From sequence record PX216937.1: a stretch of DNA of 41,268 nucleotides; one strand, given 5' to 3'. The notes below the pieces were generated by a model. It worked only from the letters and a program-made list of their open reading frames with translations. It was not told the origin of the DNA and made no database searches. A program made the translations under genes and the position numbers. Positions 1 through 9,500 of the stretch are shown in pieces. Within the stretch, counting starts at the first letter, position 1. Every line of letters starts with the position of its first letter. The DNA comes from a phage.

Positions 1-198
1 AGGGACACAGAGAGGACTACATATAGTGGTCATAAGGTCCCACTAAGCACTACATCTAGTGGTAACACCCAAAGTTAACCCAATGTCTCACATAAGGATT
101 GACATTAAGTAAACCATAAGTTAACATAAGGGGTGGCACTCTTTGGGTGGAACTGAAGGAGGCCATAGGGGGGAACTCGGTGTGTATGAACTATGAGA
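1..198. repeat. Direct terminal repeat (copy at the phage right end); identical to 41071..41268
   Basis: Bases 1..198 (agggacacagagaggactacatatagtggtcataaggtcc...ctatgaga) recur exactly at 41071..41268. T7-like genomes carry terminal direct repeats of about this size. Confidence 0.85.
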
Positions 199-428
199 TA
201 CCCACTCAGATTTTTCTGTAGGATTCTTAAAGGGGTACATCAAGTATCTCATAAGGTTAACCACAGAGTGGCTATCATAAGGTGAGACTACGTGAGAGAC
301 CCTAAGAGACCCTGTAGACCATAGAGGGTACATAAGGGTTACTCTTAGAGTTGACTTCTTACAGTGATTATAGGGAAGATGTATATCGACCATAATCACT
401 AAGAGCGCGCTAAGCGCCAATGAGCAGT

Positions 429-584
429 CTAAGGAACACAAGTGAGTAGAGAACAAAGCAGAGTCTCCAGTTCACCGATGTGTTCAACACTAGATGCGAG
501 ACCAATGGAAGCAGCAAGTACAACGAGAAATTTATAGGTCACTCGATGCGTTGCTAGTGTCTTAAGCACGGATAGTAATCGCAT
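429..584 (-). CDS. 19.5: gp19.5-like small protein (51 aa, MRLLSVLKTLATHRVTYKFLVVLAASIGLASSVEHIGELETLLCSLLTCVP)
   Basis: Not in the ORF track (under 60 aa). Found by translating the minus strand downstream of phiOR; preceded by AAGGAGG; recalled similarity to T7 gp19.5 (HRVTYRFLVVL motif). Confidence 0.6.
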   Translation of the reverse strand: MRLLSVLKTLATHRVTYKFLVVLAASIGLASSVEHIGELETLLCSLLTCVP

Positions 585-742
585 AGAGCGTCCTCCTTGT
601 TATACTTGATGGTTACACTGATAGTTAGGGATGTAATTACAATTACTATCATCCCTCACTGTAAGGGTCTCTTAGAGTTAGTCACTAAGTATGCACTTTG
701 CATATGCAGTCTTTAAGTGTCTTTAAGTTGTCTTAGGGTGCC

Positions 743-765
743 CTTCCCAATAGTGAGTCGTATTA
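743..765 (-). promoter_or_regulatory. Phage RNAP promoter (phiOR-like), minus strand TAATACGACTCACTATTGGGAAG
   Basis: Top strand reads cttcccaatagtgagtcgtatta, the reverse complement of a T7-type 23-bp promoter; lies between gene 19 and gene 19.5 as phiOR does in T7. Confidence 0.8.
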
Positions 766-852
766 ATTTCTTCATGTATATCAGTAAGTTACTTAACGGT
801 AACGTAGCGGTACTAAGTGCTTACCTATGCACCTTTCCCGCATACTTATCTA

Positions 853-2613
853 TTACCACTCAATGAAGCAGCTAGAGTCTCCGTCGTCCTCGTAGTAGAT
901 GTCCACGCCACCAACATCGTAGCTATGGATAGCATCACCACCAATGGTCTGTTTCTCCATGTGGTGTTCAAGGAACTCAAGGGTCATCTCTTCTTCACCT
1001 ACACGGCTGTCCACAAGCATCCCTTCACGCAGGAACTCGATACCCAATGCGATAGCATCAAGTCGGTCATCGTGTGCCACAGCGCCTCGCTCACGGGTCA
1101 TACGGGTCATCTGATAGAACGCACTGTAGCGAACATCATGTTTCCCATCTAGGTCACGAGCAGTCTGATAATCTTCACGGATAACCTCATCACGAATGAC
1201 CAGCTTGTGCGCACCCATCAACGGCTCGATAGTATCGCAGATTCGCATCTCCTTCATGCCCTTAGCACGGATTTCCTCTAAGGCACACTTGTGGTGCTTC
1301 AGAAGAATCGGAGAGAAAATCTTACCGAACATACCGTCACCAAAGTTGGACTCATGGACTACTGTCTGTACCTTCCACTGCTTGGCCTTCTTAGCGAGCT
1401 TCTCTAGGGTAGCATCTTCGTAACCACCACGGAACCCACCGACTTCCATCAAGTAGATATAACCATTAAGTGAGTATAGTACTGCATACCCGGTCTCATC
1501 CTTACCACGACCACTTGGGTCAATGACCAGAATCTTAGACTGATACTCAGCGGTACGAGAAGAGCACGTATGGAACGCATGGATGTCATCACCCTTCAGA
1601 CCAACGTTAGGAAGTTCCTCATTGCGGTTCTGACGGTTCGGCAACCACTGGTAAGACAATGGGGCACGTTCAGGGTCCACAGCGCACACGATAGCGTCAC
1701 GGAGGCGTAGCGGGTACTTCTCGGCATCACTAAGGTTCGGGTTAAGCATGAACTGGAGTGTGTAGCCAGCTTTACCATATTCGAGTTCACGTTCACGGAG
1801 GTCATCCATATCGAATCGAACAGGGTCAGTAGGTTGACCACGGAGTAACTCGAAGCCCTCATCATATTCAGCCTTAAGCATCGGAGCCAAGCGGTCCCCA
1901 TAGTAGAGAGCCTCAGCGTCATTACGTGGATACTGTGCAGGCCAGATTACTGTGCTGTACCCTTTGTTATCCTCAAGTTCCTTATAGAGAGTCATCTCGG
2001 TTTGAGGTGTCCCAAGGTAGATAACACGAGAGGTAGGCAGCGGCTTAAGTAACGCAGCAAACTCAGTTACCAACGTCCAGAGCTTCTCACGGGCAGAACT
2101 CGTAGAGCTATTACCGGGAACCTCAACGTCATCCGCGATGATAATGTCAGCACGGCTACCAGTCAACTGACCAGTGATACCTACAGACTTCACAGAGGGT
2201 GAGTGGTCTGGTTTAGCCAATCCAACGTCGAAGCTAATCACAGAGTCTCGCTGTCCCGGTCGAGGTTTCAACTCAGAGAGGAACGGCAGCAGGTCAATGA
2301 TGTTCTTGATGAAGATGGAGTTAGCATCAGCACGTTCCTTAGAGGCAGACACGATGAGCACCTTGAGTTGAGGGTCACGCCATAAGACCCACACAACGAA
2401 CGCACAGGTGATAAAGGACTTGCCGATACCACGGAACGCCTGAAGGATAAACTTCTTGTGGTCGCCGTTAGCGAGTGTACGTGCCATATCAATCTGACAC
2501 TTGGTTGGTTTAGGTAAGTTCAGAGCCTTCCATAAGACGAACAGGAAAGCGACGAAGTCACCCTTAAGTTGCGCTATGATTAACGCATTCTTAGCTTCTT
2601 GGGATTGTGACAT
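853..2613 (-). CDS. 19: Terminase large subunit (DNA maturase B)
   Basis: 586-aa ORF; same length and terminal position as T7 gp19; Walker-type motif region (GIGKSF) present. Confidence 0.95.
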   Translation of the reverse strand: MSQSQEAKNALIIAQLKGDFVAFLFVLWKALNLPKPTKCQIDMARTLANGDHKKFILQAFRGIGKSFITCAFVVWVLWRDPQLKVLIVSASKERADANSIFIKNIIDLLPFLSELKPRPGQRDSVISFDVGLAKPDHSPSVKSVGITGQLTGSRADIIIADDVEVPGNSSTSSAREKLWTLVTEFAALLKPLPTSRVIYLGTPQTEMTLYKELEDNKGYSTVIWPAQYPRNDAEALYYGDRLAPMLKAEYDEGFELLRGQPTDPVRFDMDDLRERELEYGKAGYTLQFMLNPNLSDAEKYPLRLRDAIVCAVDPERAPLSYQWLPNRQNRNEELPNVGLKGDDIHAFHTCSSRTAEYQSKILVIDPSGRGKDETGYAVLYSLNGYIYLMEVGGFRGGYEDATLEKLAKKAKQWKVQTVVHESNFGDGMFGKIFSPILLKHHKCALEEIRAKGMKEMRICDTIEPLMGAHKLVIRDEVIREDYQTARDLDGKHDVRYSAFYQMTRMTRERGAVAHDDRLDAIALGIEFLREGMLVDSRVGEEEMTLEFLEHHMEKQTIGGDAIHSYDVGGVDIYYEDDGDSSCFIEW

Positions 2614-3059
2614 TACTTAGCCTCCTTCTTAGTTTGCATTTCTTTGATTGTATCTTGGAGCGCACGAATCCACGCATCCCCTCTTTGAGTTACTCCGATA
2701 AGACGCTTACTAAACTCTTCGTCAAGTTCGGCTCGACCATCAACGAGGCATCCACCGTTATCTTGGAGTTCTCGTGTGGTAGCTGATAGTTTGACGCGCA
2801 AGCGCTTACCATCGTTACGCAAATCATTAATGACCCTATCAGTGCTGCCTTCCAGCGCCGCAAGGTCTTCTTGGTATTGTCGTGAGATTTCGTTGACAGC
2901 AGTCTGTTTATTCGCAGTCGCCTTAACTTTCTTAATGTACTCATTGTGCACCTCCTGTTCCCATTTAGTGTTAGCTTTGTCATATCCATGGTTATACGCA
3001 AGGGTAATTCCCAAGGCAAACGCAGCGATTATGGCGTATCTCTTTAAATTCTTGAGCAT
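2613..3059 (-). CDS. 18.5: Rz-like i-spanin (gp18.5)
   Basis: 148 aa with an N-terminal transmembrane segment and coiled-coil-like remainder; position and size match T7 gp18.5. Confidence 0.8.
   Translation of the reverse strand: MLKNLKRYAIIAAFALGITLAYNHGYDKANTKWEQEVHNEYIKKVKATANKQTAVNEISRQYQEDLAALEGSTDRVINDLRNDGKRLRVKLSATTRELQDNGGCLVDGRAELDEEFSKRLIGVTQRGDAWIRALQDTIKEMQTKKEAK
2690..2944 (-). CDS. 18.7: Rz1-like o-spanin (gp18.7), embedded in 18.5 in another frame
   Basis: Internal Met of track ORF 2690..3019 gives [11 protein letters not shown]...[17 protein letters not shown]...SLMVEPNLT, a lipobox-like Cys context and close recalled similarity to T7 gp18.7. Confidence 0.7.
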   Translation of the reverse strand: MSTLRKLRRLRINRLLSTKSHDNTKKTLRRWKAALIGSLMICVTMVSACASNYQLPHENSKITVDASLMVEPNLTKSLVSVLSE

Positions 3060-3157
3060 AACTACCCTCCCGTATTTTCAGATTTCAACGTGCGTTACCG
3101 CGAGTTGTGATAAAATATCATAAAGACCACTAGATGTAGTGGCCTTGAGTTATTCTA

Positions 3158-3427
3158 TCAGTTCAGTGTGTACTTCTCATCTTCAGTGAGACCGTCAGCG
3201 CCCACTAGGTTCTGGTACTCTTCGAGTCCATCTGCCAGGCCACCAAGGATGTTACGGTCTGGCTGTAACTTGGAGACTTGGAACTTGTGGCGCTCTAACA
3301 GTTTCCCGATAGCGTTGTACAGTTGAGGTGTGCGCTTATCATCATCCTGAAGGTCTTTCAGCATACGTTGAGCCATCTCAGTGTCCAGCATCTCAAGGAA
3401 TTGAATCAAGGACTTATCATTAGACAT
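3158..3427 (-). CDS. 18: Terminase small subunit (DNA maturase A)
   Basis: 89 aa, same size and position as T7 gp18. Confidence 0.85.
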   Translation of the reverse strand: MSNDKSLIQFLEMLDTEMAQRMLKDLQDDDKRTPQLYNAIGKLLERHKFQVSKLQPDRNILGGLADGLEEYQNLVGADGLTEDEKYTLN

Positions 3428-3626
3428 CTTTACCCTCCTTCTTCCATTTGATAATCACATCGACTACCTTGGCACCAATTTGAGCCACTGTGTAGGCAAT
3501 TGCAGCTACATAGAACCACTCGTTAAGGGACAGTCCGAAGAACAGACGGGCAGCACCATCGGCTACACCTGTCCCTACAATCGGAGCAGCCTTCACTACC
3601 TCGTTATTAAAATCTAATGAAAGCAT
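3420..3626 (-). CDS. 17.5: Class II holin (gp17.5)
   Basis: 68 aa MLSLDFNNEVVKAAPIVGTGVADGAARLFFGLSLNEWFYVAAIAYTV..., nearly identical to recalled T7 gp17.5. Confidence 0.9.
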   Translation of the reverse strand: MLSLDFNNEVVKAAPIVGTGVADGAARLFFGLSLNEWFYVAAIAYTVAQIGAKVVDVIIKWKKEGKDV

Positions 3627-3740
3627 AAAACCTCCAGTTTAAAAGCGGGTCGTCCGTGACCCAAAGTTGTTACCATACATTGGTCATCGTGTAGTTAGCC
3701 TCTACCTCCACAACCTTCGATGACTCAATACCATTCTATT

Positions 3741-3775
3741 GATAAACTAACCCGCCGAAACGGGGTTTGTTGTTG
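3741..3775. terminator. GC hairpin followed by a T-rich run in the 157-bp spacer between gene 17 and gene 17.5 (candidate terminator/attenuator, orientation ambiguous)
   Basis: Top strand aacccgccgaaacggggtttgttgttgtt: short GC stem, small loop, then a T-rich tract (reads as a plus-strand terminator; a weaker minus-strand reading also exists). Confidence 0.3.
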
Positions 3776-3783
3776 TTATATTA

Positions 3784-6495
3784 TTAATCAGCGTAAAGCA
3801 TTAAGAACATAATAAGCTCTTCATAACGGATTCCATACCGTACACCAGCTGGTTTAACTGTTACAACTTCCTCTAACGTTTCTGGATTAATGCTTCTTTC
3901 AGAAGATTCTTCCCACTCGTCCTTGCACCAGAATGCGTAATCCTCTGGTTTAAGTCCATGCTTTGTTAGGATAGAACCAACGGTTTGCGCACCAACACCG
4001 AAGTGGATACGTGCAGATGCTTCCCCCTTAAGTACTATAGCGTCAGTAAATTTGTAGCGAATAATATTCTTACGAATTTCATTAGCCGCATTTCTTTCCG
4101 CACTCTCATTCACTGCTGGGGTTTTTTTCTTCAGTGTTTCATCGGAAGTAACAATGGTGCTTGAAGCAGCATAAATAGCACTCCACCGATGATCCGTGTA
4201 ACCAAATACCGTAGAGTTATCGACAGCAGGTAAAATACCATTATACCCTTCAATAATGAGGTCACCCTTAGGGTTACCAGAAGACGACTTACCATCATAA
4301 CTAGTAAGGGTGATCCCCTTAGTGCCCCCAGTAGTTGTTAACATAATACCAGCATTGGTAGCACCCAAGAGCTGAATATCGCTATTATCATTACGCAAAT
4401 CCTGTACAGGTGCTTCAAGTACAGTTGACGTGAATTTCCATTTCGTATCAGAAAAAAGTTCGACCGGTTGCACGTCATCCTTCTGGTACATCATGGCTTT
4501 AACACCGGAGTCCTTGCGTCTTACACCGATTGCGTTTGGTTGTGACCCGGACCAGTTAGACGCGAAAGTAAACCCGTCAAATTCCACTACAGACTCATAA
4601 GGATTGCTGGTATCGTTATTGATGGGTTCTGTAATAAAAATCCATCCCCAGTCGAAATAGTTATTATAAGTCCCTACGTTAGCATCTATCTGATACGCCC
4701 GGGTGCACACCTCCCCATAGTAACCGTAGAATCTCAGGTTCCCAGCAACTTGTGAGTCTGAGCTTACGGTTTTAACCACACGCACACCACACGGTACATC
4801 TGCTGGTCCAGTTGCTTTGGTTATATTCTCACAAGAACCACCAAACACACGAAGTGAGTCCGTGCTTTCAATCCAGAACGCACAGTTTCCCGTTACGTGA
4901 ATTGGGTTGTAAATAGTGATTCTGGTGTTGTTGTTGTCGCCTGAAACACTCCGGTTGAATCTAAACCCGCAGTCAACGTTTTCAAATACTGGATTTTTTA
5001 TGGTGTGATAATATGCAGCACTATTAGCCCCAAAAACTGTTGGTCCCGGTTGCAGTAACACCCCTACAGAGACGTCTGTCGCTTTTGGGTTGTTTAGCTG
5101 ACAAAACTGTTGCGATACACGTGCAGTAGTTTGTGTGAGGTCTTCCGGGCTTATTGCGTATGCCACTACTTCTGTGAAACCATCTGGATTTATTACCGTA
5201 GGGTTAGTTACGATGCAGAAATCATGGCTCATTCTTAAGCATGTGATACCAGAAGCTCCTGCTACGATTGTTGTTCCGGTGAAATCAATATACCTTGTAG
5301 ACGTAACATCCTGCGTATACGAGCCATCGAATTTCATTACAAGACTTTGTGTTATGCGATATCTCGCACCTACTCTTCCTGTTAATTTACCAAACGGCAC
5401 AATCTCCAACCACGACAATGCCGCCAGCATCGCGGAGGTATCATTAGTTACACCGTCGCCAATAGCACCGAACTCTTCAAATGATTTTATTGTCGTAGCC
5501 CGATGGGCAATCTGGTCAATTGTTGCACCATGCTTTGTTAGATTAGATCTAATAGACGCATCACCAACACTAACCCACTTCCCTAATCCAATCCCACCGG
5601 AAGTTTCAGGAGTTGAACCAGCAGGGATGTTCTTTGGAAGCGTACCATCCCAGCGGTAATACTCACCATTCTCTTCCCACAGTAGTACCTCGTTCCATGT
5701 TACAACGTTGAAGCCTTTCTCGAAGGAGCGACGGGTAACATAGCCAATTCGAGCAGATGCCTTGATACTATCAGCGATTCGTCGTGCTTCGTCCTCGCTA
5801 TCCTTAGCGTTTCCAGCATAGCTACCAGCAGATGCTGCATATTGTCCAGAAGTATTCTTGAACTGCTCGGCTTCATTCCGGAATTCGTTAGCCTCATCGC
5901 GCCATTGCTTTGCGTTCGTAGCGTGGGTGCTGGACTCGTTCTTAAAGCCCTCCGCTTGATTTCTGAAAGTATCAGCCTCATTGCGGAACTGTAGGGCCTC
6001 ATTACGTGCCTGCCATGAGTTCTGGTTCATGGTCTTAAGTTGACCAAACGGAACAGCGTCTCGGTTATCCACGGCGTTCACTAGGTTCATGATACGACGA
6101 CCACGTGCATCCAAGTGACCATCATTATTGACCCCAATGGTATCCGCAGTTAGGTCTCGTGCTTCTTCAGCAACGTGAAGCGTTTGAATCTGTGCAATGT
6201 TCAGGTCATATGCGCGAAGGATTGAGCCATCAGCAAAGTCAACCAGACGGTCTGTCGCGGAGGTGAAACGACGAATCTCAATGGAGTCATATCCATCAGC
6301 AGCCGTCCATGCACGAGTTGTAGTGATTTGTGTCTTAGTGGTGAACCGATAGTCCTGATTGAGAACCAGTTCCTTACGGTCTTTACCAATTAGAGTTACC
6401 GTCACAAACTTACGCGCTAAATATTCGAAGGTGATTGCAAAGTCTACAGCACCAGTCAGCGGGTAAGTCATTACGGTACGAATTTTAAGAGCCAT
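3784..6495 (-). CDS. 17: Tail fibre/tailspike (gp17): T7-like N-terminal attachment domain fused to a long divergent C-terminal module
   Basis: 903 aa versus 553 aa in T7. The first ~250 aa match recalled T7 gp17 (ARKFVTVTLIG, DGSILRAYDLN, VNNDGHLDARGRRI, NQNSWQARNEALQFRNEA); the rest does not. Contains GDGVTNDTSA and a C-terminal SDETLKKK motif. Confidence 0.9.
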   Translation of the reverse strand: MALKIRTVMTYPLTGAVDFAITFEYLARKFVTVTLIGKDRKELVLNQDYRFTTKTQITTTRAWTAADGYDSIEIRRFTSATDRLVDFADGSILRAYDLNIAQIQTLHVAEEARDLTADTIGVNNDGHLDARGRRIMNLVNAVDNRDAVPFGQLKTMNQNSWQARNEALQFRNEADTFRNQAEGFKNESSTHATNAKQWRDEANEFRNEAEQFKNTSGQYAASAGSYAGNAKDSEDEARRIADSIKASARIGYVTRRSFEKGFNVVTWNEVLLWEENGEYYRWDGTLPKNIPAGSTPETSGGIGLGKWVSVGDASIRSNLTKHGATIDQIAHRATTIKSFEEFGAIGDGVTNDTSAMLAALSWLEIVPFGKLTGRVGARYRITQSLVMKFDGSYTQDVTSTRYIDFTGTTIVAGASGITCLRMSHDFCIVTNPTVINPDGFTEVVAYAISPEDLTQTTARVSQQFCQLNNPKATDVSVGVLLQPGPTVFGANSAAYYHTIKNPVFENVDCGFRFNRSVSGDNNNTRITIYNPIHVTGNCAFWIESTDSLRVFGGSCENITKATGPADVPCGVRVVKTVSSDSQVAGNLRFYGYYGEVCTRAYQIDANVGTYNNYFDWGWIFITEPINNDTSNPYESVVEFDGFTFASNWSGSQPNAIGVRRKDSGVKAMMYQKDDVQPVELFSDTKWKFTSTVLEAPVQDLRNDNSDIQLLGATNAGIMLTTTGGTKGITLTSYDGKSSSGNPKGDLIIEGYNGILPAVDNSTVFGYTDHRWSAIYAASSTIVTSDETLKKKTPAVNESAERNAANEIRKNIIRYKFTDAIVLKGEASARIHFGVGAQTVGSILTKHGLKPEDYAFWCKDEWEESSERSINPETLEEVVTVKPAGVRYGIRYEELIMFLMLYAD

Positions 6496-6540
6496 AATGT
6501 ACCTCCTTAGTTGGGTATGATAAAGGGAAGCTGTGTGAGC

Positions 6541-6563
6541 CTTCCCAATAGTGAGTCGTATTG
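6541..6563 (-). promoter_or_regulatory. Phage RNAP promoter (phi17-like), CAATACGACTCACTATTGGGAAG
   Basis: Reverse-complement promoter match immediately upstream of gene 17. Confidence 0.8.
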
Positions 6564-6564
6564 A

Positions 6565-9500
6565 TTACTTCTTGTCAGACTTAAGGTGAACACCATTGGC
6601 CTCATAGAACTTGATGAGCATCTGTTGGGAGATTGGGTCGTTAGGAACCATCTCTCGGTGAGCATTCATTAAGCCAGTCATCATCTCACGCTCGGTCACT
6701 TTGTTAGGAGCCGTAAGGACACCATAAGCATTTCGACCAGCAGCAAGAGTGGCACCAGCGAACCCAAGAGCAGGAACCTGTTCACCAATAGCGCCCATAA
6801 TGGAATCACCCATGTCACGAGAAGTTACCGCCTTATTGCGTTCACGCTTGTCATCACCTTTCGGTAGAATCGTAGAGCGAACCATAAGACCTTGGTCGTA
6901 GCCCGCAGCACCCATAAAGAAGTTAGCGATACTCAACGGAGACCCAAGGTGTGAACTTCGGGAAGCCGCAGCGTAGGCAATCATCTTAGGGTCCAGAGCT
7001 TTCTTCAAGTAATCCTTCTGTTGCTCTTTAGGAAGACCAGCAGCTTTCAAGTGAGCCTGTGCCACGTAATAGGAACCAGCAAGACCACCAGAGATAGCAT
7101 AGGTCAGCGCCATGTCCATAGCGCGATGGTTCTTAAAGGCTTCGTTGCCAGAGCGGATAAACTTAGAGTTCATCGACTTGATGACAAACGATTTAAACTG
7201 AAGGACTAACTTAGCGGTAGCACCAAACGCATGGGAATCCTGTAAGGAAACCTTATGAGGTCGGAGCATCGTCTCATCAGCAACCTTATCAGCTAAACGC
7301 CATAAGTCCATAGCACGAGGGTCATTAGCCAGCTTACGCTTATCCTTGAAGGTGAACTTACCGTCTTCACCACGAGTCACGTTCTCTCGGATGAGAGCCT
7401 GAATGCCTTCCCACTGTTCCTTAGAGATACTCGCAGACTTCAGCATGTCACCTTTAATCCACTTGTTGGCACCCTTGCCTGTAATGGCATGAGTTACCAC
7501 ATCACCCATCACGCCCTGCCGGGCCATGTCCAGAAGGTAGTTTGACGTACCATTGAGGAACTTGGTCAGAGGTGAGCGAGCCGCCAGTTCTTGAGTTGTG
7601 TGCTTAATAGAACCAACAACCTTAGCTGCAACATCAGGTGTATCAGTTGACTCACGGAGTCGCTGAATGATGTCTTGACGAGTCGGTCGGATTAACTGGT
7701 CGAACTCTTTACCGAACACCATAGAGTGGAGTTCTTTGAGTTCACTACCGGAGACTGGCTTGTTGCGGAACGCTAAGTCACGCAGAGCCGGAATGCCATG
7801 AAGCATCGCACGAATGTTACCCTTCGCCAACATACCGGAGATTTCAGTTAGGTTCTGCAAGCCCATATATGCGTTCTTCGTAAAGAAGGACATATCGGAC
7901 AGAGCGCGAACCATAGTGTCACCTACAGTATCCTGATTACGTCGAGCACGACCAGTGAGAATCTTAACGGTATCCTTAAGTGCTTCCACTTCACCTTTCA
8001 TCGTGCCCTTCCCTTCTGACTTCTTATCGAGAGCCATAATGGAATCCTTAAGTTCAGCAGTCGTCTTCCCTGTGCCACCCATGATAGCAATATCTCCATC
8101 AACACGGCGGTCATAGGCTGGCATAACGTGTTTCATATCGAAGTCACGTAAGTCATTCACAGAGAACTGTTGTCCGTTAGGGAGCGTTACAGGCATGTCA
8201 GAATCGAACAGGTTACGGGCTTCAAGGAACGAGTTGTTCTCAATACCCACGAGACCCTCAATGTTATCGTCAATGACACTTGAAGAGTTGAACTCATCTG
8301 TCTTCGCAATACCATAAGCCTTATCGCTGGCATGTTTCATCACCATCTCTTCGGTTACAGCCTTCGGGTCGATGCCCAAGGTCTCCGCTAAGTGCTCATC
8401 TACACGAGCCTTAACTTCTGGACGTGAACGGTAAGAGGTCATCCAGCTTGCAGCGATTGCTTCCTGTAAACCATCAGAGCCACCAAGAGCCTGTGAGTAC
8501 AACTGCTTGGCTTCCCGTGAGTACACATGAGGAACGTAAGTCCCTTTGTGACGACTGTTAGGGAAGATGGAAGTTGCCTTGTTACCGAACATCGACGGGT
8601 TCTCCATCATCTCACGCTTGAGGTCAAAGTGTTCCTTCATGATGTCCATCACCTTACGCTCTGCCTTGGTCAAGTTAGCCTGAAGTTCAGGACGCTCGAT
8701 AGCCACAGCAACACGACGATAGATTTCTTGACGGGCACCTTGAGCACCACTCTTGAACATACCCACAGACCACTCGGGGTCAGCCATAGCTTCCTTCATT
8801 GCACCATAGAGGTCATTGTAGGTTCGCTGGTTGGTACTGTGTAGTCGCTCTTTGATGTCAGATGCGGTAGCACCGAACTTACCATGTGAGCCAGACTCCA
8901 TCCCTGTAGGTGAGCGCACTAAGTCCTTAGCGAGTCCACGGATTTCGGCATGTTCAGAACGTAGAGTTCTCAGACCGATTTCACTCAGACCACGCATAGG
9001 CAATCCCCAAGCAGCACGTTCAGGGTCCACTTCAGCGAACTCTCTGGCTGTCATAGGGTTCGCTAGGTTGGTATCACTAATAATGGAACCATCACGCAGC
9101 ACTACCGCACCCGGTTCAGTTTCGAGAGGTGCATACTCAACGCCGTTGTGCTGTGAGAACACTCGGTCTTCACTAGGAGGCATACGACTTGCATCATATC
9201 CACCAGTGTTACGGGCAGTCTCACGAGCCTCGAAGCGCATCTGTGTAGCAGAAAACGGGTTCTCAATCTGTTCAGCGCCAGACTTACGGAGACCCGCAGC
9301 AACACCATCAGCAACCGCAGTGAGTCCCCCAGCAAGCAGCATACCAGCAAGAGCAGCTTCCGCATAGTGAGCATGACCACCAGCAATGGATGTGCGCAGA
9401 CCCTCAGAGGCAACGTTGAGTGCACCAGCTTGAGCACCAACCATCAACGCCTTGTTCACCAGCTTGAATCCATTGGCTGTAGTCCCTGCTAGTGGGACGT

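Noticed and set aside
121-456. 111-aa minus-strand ORF spanning the terminal repeat and heptamer array
   Set aside because: It overlaps the terminal repeat and repeat array and the gp19.5 3' end, lies past the last conserved gene, has no RBS, and its composition is low-complexity and repeat-driven.
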